Below are positions 33,673 through 40,976 of a DNA stretch of 64,000 bases, in pieces (the stretch's first letter is position 1; each line of letters starts with the position of its first letter). The DNA comes from an uncultured bacterium (GTDB taxonomy: Bacteria; Verrucomicrobiota; Kiritimatiellia; RFP12; UBA1067). The notes below the pieces were generated by a model. It had not been told where the DNA came from and did no database searches. It saw only the letters and a program-made list of their open reading frames with translations. The stretch lies in NCBI GenBank assembly GCA_942493055.1, contig OW818680.1:4105902-4169901 (forward strand), read 5' to 3'. The position numbers and the translations under genes were made by a program.

Positions 33673-35415
33673 ATGCAGAAGAGATCCTCGCAAAGGGGTT
33701 TTGTATTGCCGGTCGTGGTCTGCTCCATTCTGGTGGTGGCGATCATTGCCGGAGGTGTCTTCAACTACGCACTGTACGGCACCCGCACAGCGGCTGTCTA
33801 CACGACTGCGTCCCAATGCCGGCTCGCGGCGCAGACAGCGTTGGATCGCACAAAGGTGGATATCCTGCAGCAGTTTAAGGGGTATTATCGCGCATACCCG
33901 TCGACCTGGAATGTCCTCTCCTGGTTTGACTCCTATACGGCTCAGAATGTGGGCGTATTAGGGTACGCCTGCGCAATGATGCAGGATGCGACAGTGAACG
34001 GGCAGACGGTCTCCGTCACCATTCAAGGCATCAACCGCTCCCTTGCGGGGGAGGCGCTCCAATATGCACGTGTCACGTTGCAGGCACGGGCAACCCAGAA
34101 AACCCCCACAGGGATATCCGTCTCAAAGGTGATCGAGGAGACCGTTGAATATGCGCTCCGCCGGTCAACCGTTTTCGACCATGCCTACTTTATCAATAAC
34201 TATGGCTGGTTCCAGGGATCCGGCTGTACGGCGAACGGGAATATCCGGGCGAACGGGAATATGGCGTTGGACAGCTATTCATACATCAACGGGTTCGCTT
34301 TTGCAGCTCCCAACACGGAACTGGGCGCCCCCGGCGTGATCAACGTGACGGGCGGCGGCAATACGCGTTTTATGACCCAAAGTGATTATTGGGCGAGCGT
34401 CGGTACGCGGGCGCGGCCGACAAACCCACCCTCGTCCGCGTCCGCCGCATGGGCCATGGGCTACGAGGCCAATGGCGTGTTGCTCTCCTATCAGGAGACC
34501 TTGGAGATGCCGTTCCTGGGCGATCTGGAGGGGTATCGCACTGTTGCCGACAATATGAACGGCACGATCAAGCAGAACGGAAAGACGCTCGTCGCAGGGT
34601 GCTACAGCGGGACCGGACCTTCGGGCCTGGCAAACGGGGTCGACAAGGGGAGCATCGTGTTGGACGGGACCTCCAAGCCCATTGAGATTTCCGGTCCTGT
34701 GGTCATCGATGGCGACGTGATTATCAAAGGGACCGTTAAGGGCCAGGGCGCGATCTACGCGGGCCGCAATGTCCATATCGTCGGCGACGTGACGTACGGC
34801 GATGCGCCCGCCTGGACGAAACCCGACACCAACCCCCAGCAGACCGTCAAAAACAATGTGAAAAAGGATATGCTGGGGTTGGTCGCGAAAGGCAATATTG
34901 TGCTGGGCGACTATACGGATACGGCGTGGGTGAGTGCGACAAAACCCTATATTACGCCCCCCTTTGTTAAACCGTACACCTGTGACATCACCGATTCATC
35001 GATCGGTTACGGCTCCACGTTTAATGGCAACTACACAGCCCTGGACAGCGGAGAAAAGATCACGTACACCTATAATTCAACGACAAAAAAATACGAGCCG
35101 AGTGGTAAGTCAGCCCGGAAATATTACGAGAGTATGGTCGGCGACAAGAAGGTGAAAGACAGTGTCCAGTCAGCGGCGATCACGCGGGTGGATGCGGTGC
35201 TCTTTAATAATCATGCGGTCATGGGCCGGGTGGGGCAGTGCCAATTCAACGGTGCCCTGGTGAGCCGGGACGAAGGAATCATCTACAGCACCTCCGTGAA
35301 ATTCAACTGGGATATCCGTCTGGGCTCGCGCAGTCCAGACGGCCTGGACTTTTTTATCTACTTGCCAATGTCTGTGGCGGACCCCCGTGTGGTCGGCTGG
35401 CGGGAGGTCCTTTAA
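33673..35415 (+). CDS. PilX-like minor pilin with a large beta-helix C-terminal domain (cassette 2)
   Basis: QRG/FVLPVVVCSILVVAII with no E5; QCRLAAQTAL; GPVVIDGDVIIKG. Start at ATG 33673 behind an AGGAGG RBS. Confidence 0.8.
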   Translation: MQKRSSQRGFVLPVVVCSILVVAIIAGGVFNYALYGTRTAAVYTTASQCRLAAQTALDRTKVDILQQFKGYYRAYPSTWNVLSWFDSYTAQNVGVLGYACAMMQDATVNGQTVSVTIQGINRSLAGEALQYARVTLQARATQKTPTGISVSKVIEETVEYALRRSTVFDHAYFINNYGWFQGSGCTANGNIRANGNMALDSYSYINGFAFAAPNTELGAPGVINVTGGGNTRFMTQSDYWASVGTRARPTNPPSSASAAWAMGYEANGVLLSYQETLEMPFLGDLEGYRTVADNMNGTIKQNGKTLVAGCYSGTGPSGLANGVDKGSIVLDGTSKPIEISGPVVIDGDVIIKGTVKGQGAIYAGRNVHIVGDVTYGDAPAWTKPDTNPQQTVKNNVKKDMLGLVAKGNIVLGDYTDTAWVSATKPYITPPFVKPYTCDITDSSIGYGSTFNGNYTALDSGEKITYTYNSTTKKYEPSGKSARKYYESMVGDKKVKDSVQSAAITRVDAVLFNNHAVMGRVGQCQFNGALVSRDEGIIYSTSVKFNWDIRLGSRSPDGLDFFIYLPMSVADPRVVGWREVL

Positions 35416-35912
35416 TGAGAGCTCATGTCTGTTGTTGTGTGGCGCTGCTGCTCCTCGGTTCAGGCAGGGTCTGTGCGATGAGAGAAGAGACGGCGTCTGC
35501 CGACCAGATGGTGCTCGACCAGGTGTTGCGGGACTCGCGCGAGACAGACCTGAAGAGCGGCCACGAAGGGGAGGCGGCCAGACGCGCAGAAGCTCAAAAA
35601 AAGGTTGAGGACCTGCGCAATATCCCCCCCGAGCGGGTGCAGGACTGGATGGACGGAAAACTCTCAGCAGCCGAGCTCGAAAAGGTGGCTGCCCTGCCAC
35701 AAAAGAAGCTTGCCGAGGTCAACATGAGGCTGCCGCGCACGCGGGTGAACCGCCTCGCCCTGCTCAGCGTGGCGACCTTGCTCCTGACCCTTTTGTATGG
35801 GGTGTATCGCAGGAGGACGCTAAAAGCTGCAATCACAAAAGGCAGCGGGCCAAATGTAAGCAATCCCCCCAACGCCAACGCAGCACATCGGACGTGGACG
35901 ATTGGGCATTAA
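35415..35912 (+). CDS. Small exported protein with a C-terminal TM helix and basic tail
   Basis: ATG overlaps the upstream TAA; MRAHVCCCVALLLLGSGRVCA signal; LALLSVATLLLTLLYGVYRRR. Confidence 0.6.
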   Translation: MRAHVCCCVALLLLGSGRVCAMREETASADQMVLDQVLRDSRETDLKSGHEGEAARRAEAQKKVEDLRNIPPERVQDWMDGKLSAAELEKVAALPQKKLAEVNMRLPRTRVNRLALLSVATLLLTLLYGVYRRRTLKAAITKGSGPNVSNPPNANAAHRTWTIGH

Positions 35913-35918
35913 AGGCCA

Positions 35919-37463
35919 CTACGGCTTTTCAACATTCACGTTGAAGAAGCGGCTGGCGCTGTTGGTGGGGCCCCAGTCGGAATCCGTGAGTTGGCCTTTG
36001 CCTTGAACCGTATAGACACGGTCAGGATAGTTGGGCGACCACGAGATGTAAGGGGTCTGGTTGGTGAGTGAGATCGAAGCCGTGAAAGTGCTCGCTGCAT
36101 TCGTCGGGACCAGTCCAGCGACATACGACTCCCAGACAGCAAAGCTGTTCGCACCGTCTGAGTTCGCCAGCTCCTCGTACTCGTTTTCCGGCGTCGAGGG
36201 ATAGTACTCGGCAAGCCACTCGTAAGGGACCTCCACGGGCGTTGAGGTCGTGAAGAGAAGGCTGTTGGTATCCGCCACAGCCGTGAAGACGTTCAGCCCC
36301 GTCTCGAGCACAGGGAACTTTGTATCACCATGAGATTCCTGCGGGATGTTGTTGCAGCGTACCCGGTAGGTATTTGCTGCTGTGAGCGAGAGCGCGATGG
36401 ACTGATAATCGACAGTTGCGACAACGTTCGTCACCACCGAGCCGCTCCGGAGGACGGTGTTAGTCGTCCCGGCTGTCTTCGGATTGTAATAGTTGAGCTG
36501 TATCACATAGCCGTCTCCCGTAACAGTGCTATCGGCGTCATGGATGGCCGGAAGGGTGCCGTCGCTGAAGGCGGCGACCTTGGTGGACGGACTGATCGAG
36601 ATAATGCCGCCGTCCCCCTCTTCGCCGCCGCCGATGCCGGCCGCCTTTTCGCCCGCCTGCGCAGTTACGCGCGCAGTGCCTGAAAAGGTGATCGTGCCCC
36701 CCGCGCCGCCGACATAATCGCTGTAAGAGCTTGAACCGCCGCCGCCGATACCGGCTGCGCCGCCCAAGGTGTCAAGCCAGACGCTGGTGCCTCCGTTGCC
36801 GCCCTTGGCAATCACGACCGCATTGCTCGAAATCGTAATGAGGCCGCCGTCAGTCGCCTCTCCGCCGCCGATACCGGCACCGCCCATGCCGCCGGTAGCG
36901 ATCACGGTTGCGCGGCCTTCAATGGTGACTTCACCGCAAGCACCATAGAAGTCACCGCCAATGCCTGCGCTGGATTCTCCGCCGTTGGCAACCAGCGTGC
37001 CGCTTCCCAGGATCCTCAGCTTGGCAATGCCGTTATCATCGGAGACCTTAATGCCGGGGTATCCTGCTGCAGTTGTTGTGAGTTCATTGCTGGTGCCTGC
37101 TGCCAGGAAGAGCCGGACGCTGGACTGATAGATCAAGGTCATCGGTGCGTTGGCGCTGGACTGAATCAGGACATTGCTCAACGTAATAAGCGTCTCATAC
37201 CCGGACGAGGTCCACGGCGTGTTAATCAAGATGACATTCTCCGTCACGGCGCTGTTGCCGCAGATCAGAATGTTCGAGAAGCTCCCGTTGTTAAACACGT
37301 AGGTGTCTGTGTGTTCATTTTGCGTGACTTCCAGGTCGTCACCGTTTTGAGAGAACAAAAGGTTCCCGAGTGTGATATCGTAACGCTGAGCCATGCTGGT
37401 CGCGGCAGCGAACAAGAGCACGAACACAGTTGAAAAGAGGTGCTGTTTCAGGTTCATATTCAC
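35919..37463 (-). CDS. Secreted Gly-rich beta-helix protein (AGIGG repeats) with a C-terminal ESYVAG...FFxV domain
   Basis: Signal peptide; repeated GxAGIGG motifs; DGANSFAVWESYVAGLVPTNAAS...SRFFNVNVEKP. Confidence 0.75.
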   Translation of the reverse strand: MNMNLKQHLFSTVFVLLFAAATSMAQRYDITLGNLLFSQNGDDLEVTQNEHTDTYVFNNGSFSNILICGNSAVTENVILINTPWTSSGYETLITLSNVLIQSSANAPMTLIYQSSVRLFLAAGTSNELTTTAAGYPGIKVSDDNGIAKLRILGSGTLVANGGESSAGIGGDFYGACGEVTIEGRATVIATGGMGGAGIGGGEATDGGLITISSNAVVIAKGGNGGTSVWLDTLGGAAGIGGGGSSSYSDYVGGAGGTITFSGTARVTAQAGEKAAGIGGGEEGDGGIISISPSTKVAAFSDGTLPAIHDADSTVTGDGYVIQLNYYNPKTAGTTNTVLRSGSVVTNVVATVDYQSIALSLTAANTYRVRCNNIPQESHGDTKFPVLETGLNVFTAVADTNSLLFTTSTPVEVPYEWLAEYYPSTPENEYEELANSDGANSFAVWESYVAGLVPTNAASTFTASISLTNQTPYISWSPNYPDRVYTVQGKGQLTDSDWGPTNSASRFFNVNVEKP

Positions 37464-37529
37464 CTTTCTTTAATTTAAATTAACTTTTTTAAGCGTAACA
37501 CTTACGTATGGAGAAGTCCAATCCAATTT

Positions 37530-37573
37530 ATGGGGCAAAATGTGTTGACCCCTGCCCCATGCTCCTATAATAT
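37530..37573 (+). promoter_or_regulatory. Candidate sigma70 promoter of gtrA-yfhO, with an inverted repeat flanking the -35
   Basis: TTGACC (37545) then TATAAT (15-nt spacer) or TAATAT (17-nt spacer); ATGGGGCA / TGCCCCAT arms at 37530-37537 and 37553-37560. Confidence 0.5.
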
Positions 37574-37641
37574 GACGCTCAAGAGAAGGAATAGTGGAAT
37601 GCTGGAATCTTGGAATTTTGAAACTGGAGGACGCAGCTTTA

Positions 37642-37703
37642 TCAACGAATTAAACGAATGGAACGAATTAGAATTAGCTTAATTCGTTTAATTAGTTGAA
37701 AAA
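37642..37703. repeat. 62-bp imperfect palindrome, inverted copy of 54524-54585
   Basis: Reverse complement matches 54524-54585 at 60/62 nt (hand alignment). Confidence 0.9.
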
Positions 37704-37712
37704 AGTGAAGTT

Positions 37713-38138
37713 ATGGACAAGCTAATAGATCTTGTGCTGACGCTTTTCCGCGAGCCGCGATACCAGCCCTTGCGGTATCTCGCCGTGGGCGGATGGAACA
37801 CCGTGTTTGGAGCCTTCGTCTACGCGGCCTTGCACTATTTTTTGAATACGCGCGTCCACTATCTCATACTCGTCATCCCCGCCAATATCATCGCCATTAC
37901 CAACGCCTTCCTCTGCTACAAGTATATTGTGTTCCAGTCCCGAAGCAACGGCTGGAAAGAGTATTTCAAATGCTATCTGGTCTATGGCTGGATCGCGCTG
38001 ATCAACGCCGGTGTCTTGGCCTTGCTGGTTAACTTCGCCCACCTCCACCCCTCCATCGCCAACTGCTTTTGTATCCTCACCGCCACCCTCATCAGCTACT
38101 TCAGCCACAAATACTTTTCCTTTGGAGTCAAGAAATGA
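37713..38138 (+). CDS. gtrA: GtrA-family undecaprenyl-phosphate-sugar translocase
   Basis: RYLAVGGWNTVFG...ANIIAITNAFLCYKYIVF...SYFSHKYFSF; four TM helices. Confidence 0.9.
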   Translation: MDKLIDLVLTLFREPRYQPLRYLAVGGWNTVFGAFVYAALHYFLNTRVHYLILVIPANIIAITNAFLCYKYIVFQSRSNGWKEYFKCYLVYGWIALINAGVLALLVNFAHLHPSIANCFCILTATLISYFSHKYFSFGVKK

Positions 38139-40630
38139 AAAGAAATCAGTTGTTCCTCCTGTTCGTCGGTGTCTTTGCACTCGCGATGGCCTTTGTTTTT
38201 TCGCAAGTCATGTCAGCTTGGACCGTGATTGCCTCTCCGGATGACGCACCGTATTACAGTCAGGATTTTCTTGTGTGGTCCATGGGCCCTCTCTTCTCTG
38301 GCGGAGCTACGTTTACACCCTTCACCTTATTGAATCTCCTGCCACAGGTGGGCTTCCACGAGATGAGATATGTGCTGTGCCTCTTCTTCTTTGGACTGGC
38401 GTGTGTCTATTATCTCCGGTCGCAGCATCTGGACTACCTGCCCGCGTTTGGCGCTGGGTTGCTCCTCAGTTTCTCGGGGTATATCTTTACGCTTTTCTGT
38501 GCTGGCCACATGGGTTTCTTTATCATGATGGGCCTTTTCTTCTGGTCCTTCGGCTTGTTGAACAAAGCGATTGAAACAAGGCGATGGCGCTATTTTGTCC
38601 TCTTGCCAGCCTGTGTCATGTGGGCGCAATCCGGACAACCGGATGTCTGGATGCTCTTTACAGCCATCTTGGGTGTCTATGCGCTGAGGCGCCTCTGGCT
38701 CGCGCGGGCAGACTTCATGCGGCTTCTGCCTAAATTCATCCTCTCGGCGGTGATCGCAGGCTTGATCGGCGGCTCAAGCATCTATATCGTGCTGACGCAG
38801 AACCTCGTCGGTCGCGACAAGCAGATTGCAGAATCGGCGCGCGCAACAGGGCCTGGAGAGTCGATGCCTGAGGCCAAGAAACAGCAGGAAGAGGACCGCT
38901 GGATCTTTGCGACCAACTGGAGCCTTCCATTGGCCGACTGCGCAGAACTGCTGATCCCCGGTTTCTTCGGGGACAATGCCATGACTCCCCCTTATCCCTA
39001 CTGGGGCGCCCTGGGCCGTCCCTATCGCTTTGAGCCAGGCAAGATGATGCCCAACTACCGCCAGCACACCACCTACCTCGGGTTGATCACGGTCTTCCTG
39101 GCCCTCATCGGCCTCTGCGCGTGGTTGGGGAAGAGAAAGCAGTCGGCAGTCAGCAGTCAGCAGTCGGCAGTCAGCAGTCAGCAGGAACCGGACTATCGCG
39201 ATGTTCCGTTCTGGGCCGGGGTCTGGGTTATTTGTCTGATTTTCGCGCTGGGGCGTTACACCCCGATCTATCGGCTCTTCTATGCGATTCCTTATATGGA
39301 CTATCTGCGCGCGCCAGTCAAGTTCCTCCACTTCACAGAGCTGGCCACAGCTCTGCTGGCGGGCTTCGGGATGCAGGCGTTGCTGACGCAGCGCTTCTCG
39401 GAGAAGGGCGTGAAGCGTCTGCTCCTCCTGGGGGGCGGGTTCATCGCGCTCTTTGTCATAGCCTGGCTGGGTGTCTCCCTGAACAGTGCGGCGATTGAGA
39501 AGCATATTGCTGAGCTCGGGCTGGGGAATATGGGCCCTGTGTTGCGCAGTTACACCGCCTACAACTGCCTTCGCGCCGTCGGTATCATGGCGGCGGTCAT
39601 CGTGCTCGTCTACGTGGGCTGGCTGCAGAAGCCCCAGGCGAAAAAGATCAACCTTGTCCTCTGTATTCTTGTGGGGTTCGGGGTCTTCGACCTTGCCGCA
39701 GTTGCGCGGCGCTATGTGATGCCCATCAATGTGCGCGCGCATCATGAAGAGAATGCCATTGTCAAGGATATGAAGCGTGCGACGCAGGGACGACCGGCTT
39801 TGGCCGTGAACTATGTCACGCGCAACGTCTCTGTCCAGGACTGGCTGAACACCTCCTTGTCGCTCAACGGTTTCATGAATGTGCTCCCGGATGAGACGGA
39901 TCCGAATGCCAAGGCGCGTCCGCTTGCACTGGCGCTCCGGAAAGAGCCCCTCCGCTATTGGGATTACACAGGGCCGCGGTTTGTGCTGCTCACGCGCCAG
40001 CAGGCCGGACAGGTGATCCAGATGCAACTGGCAAAACCGCTCGCGGAGTATGAGATGGGGCAGGGGTTTGTCCGCAGGAGCGCTTCGCCCTCTGAGCAAT
40101 CTATCATCCTGCTGGAGCGCACCAAGCAGCCGATCTACCCCTGCGTCTTTTTCACGTGGACAGGCGGGATCAAGCCGGATGACCAGATCGCTCAGCTCAT
40201 CAAGGCGAACACCGCGAATACGGGCGCGCCCCAGACCCTCAAGACACTGCTCGTCTCTGATGCGCCTGCTCCAACTGCCCCGGCCGAGCTGCCCATTCAG
40301 GGCATCGCCTTCAGTCAGATGCGCGGGGAGAAAAACGTCTTTGTCAGCCATGCAATTGTTCAGCTTCCGCAAGCTGGTTTGCTCGTCTGGAACGAACGAT
40401 ACTCCGCCGACCTCGTGGCCGCTGTGGATGGCAAGGAGGTTCCCCTCTATCAGGCGAACGGACAATGGTGCGCTGTGCAACTCCCTGCTGGCAAGCATGC
40501 CGTGACCTGCAAGGTCCGTGTTAAAAATTATCTGAACCTCCTCTCCATGGTCACCAGTCTTCTGGTAGTCCTTGTCTGCTTGGTCGCTACTGTCCTGCCT
40601 AGGCTCTCTCATTTTAAAATTAAGAGTTAA
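38135..40630 (+). CDS. YfhO-family GT-C-fold membrane protein
   Basis: Many TM helices; FGAGLLLSFSGY, RAPVKF, C-terminal WCAVQLPAGKHAVTCK. Start moved to ATG 38135, overlapping the gtrA stop. Confidence 0.8.
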   Translation: MKRNQLFLLFVGVFALAMAFVFSQVMSAWTVIASPDDAPYYSQDFLVWSMGPLFSGGATFTPFTLLNLLPQVGFHEMRYVLCLFFFGLACVYYLRSQHLDYLPAFGAGLLLSFSGYIFTLFCAGHMGFFIMMGLFFWSFGLLNKAIETRRWRYFVLLPACVMWAQSGQPDVWMLFTAILGVYALRRLWLARADFMRLLPKFILSAVIAGLIGGSSIYIVLTQNLVGRDKQIAESARATGPGESMPEAKKQQEEDRWIFATNWSLPLADCAELLIPGFFGDNAMTPPYPYWGALGRPYRFEPGKMMPNYRQHTTYLGLITVFLALIGLCAWLGKRKQSAVSSQQSAVSSQQEPDYRDVPFWAGVWVICLIFALGRYTPIYRLFYAIPYMDYLRAPVKFLHFTELATALLAGFGMQALLTQRFSEKGVKRLLLLGGGFIALFVIAWLGVSLNSAAIEKHIAELGLGNMGPVLRSYTAYNCLRAVGIMAAVIVLVYVGWLQKPQAKKINLVLCILVGFGVFDLAAVARRYVMPINVRAHHEENAIVKDMKRATQGRPALAVNYVTRNVSVQDWLNTSLSLNGFMNVLPDETDPNAKARPLALALRKEPLRYWDYTGPRFVLLTRQQAGQVIQMQLAKPLAEYEMGQGFVRRSASPSEQSIILLERTKQPIYPCVFFTWTGGIKPDDQIAQLIKANTANTGAPQTLKTLLVSDAPAPTAPAELPIQGIAFSQMRGEKNVFVSHAIVQLPQAGLLVWNERYSADLVAAVDGKEVPLYQANGQWCAVQLPAGKHAVTCKVRVKNYLNLLSMVTSLLVVLVCLVATVLPRLSHFKIKS
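39139..39184 (+). repeat. In-frame heptamer tandem repeat (GCAGTCR x6) inside the YfhO-like gene
   Basis: gcagtcg gcagtca gcagtca gcagtcg gcagtca gcagtca gcag; encodes QSAVSSQQSAVSSQQ. Confidence 0.9.
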
Positions 40631-40696
40631 AAGTTAAACGTTGAGAGTTAAAAGTTTGGAACTCTTAACGCTCAACGCCCAACTCTTAACGCTCAA
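40620..40696. repeat. AT-rich repeat palindrome overlapping the yfhO stop codon
   Basis: TTAAGAGTTAAAAGTTAAACGTTGAGAGTTAAAAGTT / AACTCTTAACGCTCAACGCCCAACTCTTAAC. Confidence 0.7.
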
Positions 40697-40707
40697 GTCA
40701 TAGACCG

Positions 40708-40817
40708 TATCGGGAGGGCGGTCGGATCGACCGCCGGACGGCGATCCGCCGTCCCTCCCAGCACATTGGGAGGGTCACGCGCCTGCGTGACTATGGCGCA
40801 GAGCCTGCGCCGCTCCC
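40708..40817. repeat. Two tandem double-hairpin (three-way junction) REP-like units
   Basis: Each has an outer GGGAG/CTCCC stem plus two 7-8 bp hairpins (GCGGTCG/CGACCGC and GGACGGC/GCCGTCC; GTCACGC/GCGTGAC and GGCGCAG/CTGCGCC). Confidence 0.8.
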
Positions 40818-40890
40818 GATTGTTGATGAAGCCCTTTGACCACAAACAACTCGAAACTGTGCCCAGCTAAATTTTGAATGAAATATTGGC

Positions 40891-40919
40891 TTTACTTTCC
40901 CGAACGGGAGAATTAAACT
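40891..40919 (+). promoter_or_regulatory. sigma70-type promoter with a CCCG-AA-CGGG palindrome in the spacer (family A)
   Basis: TTTACT-ttcccgaacgggagaat(17)-TAAACT. Confidence 0.6.
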
Positions 40920-40976
40920 AAAGTCACTTAATTGAAAAACCATTTCGAGGAAACGTCAAAGAAAGTGGAATACGCA

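Noticed and set aside
37642-37703. CRISPR array (also considered for 13019-13134, 40620-40696 and 39139-39184)
   Set aside because: No constant repeat with unique 25-45-nt spacers; no cas genes.
38774-40612. 612-aa minus-strand ORF
   Set aside because: Shadow ORF antisense to the YfhO-like gene; no recognisable motifs. The same applies to 26625-27791, 5179-5949 and 30408-31172.
40708-40817. tRNA or riboswitch
   Set aside because: Only two internal hairpins, with no T-loop, D-loop or CCA signatures, and no riboswitch consensus that I recognise.
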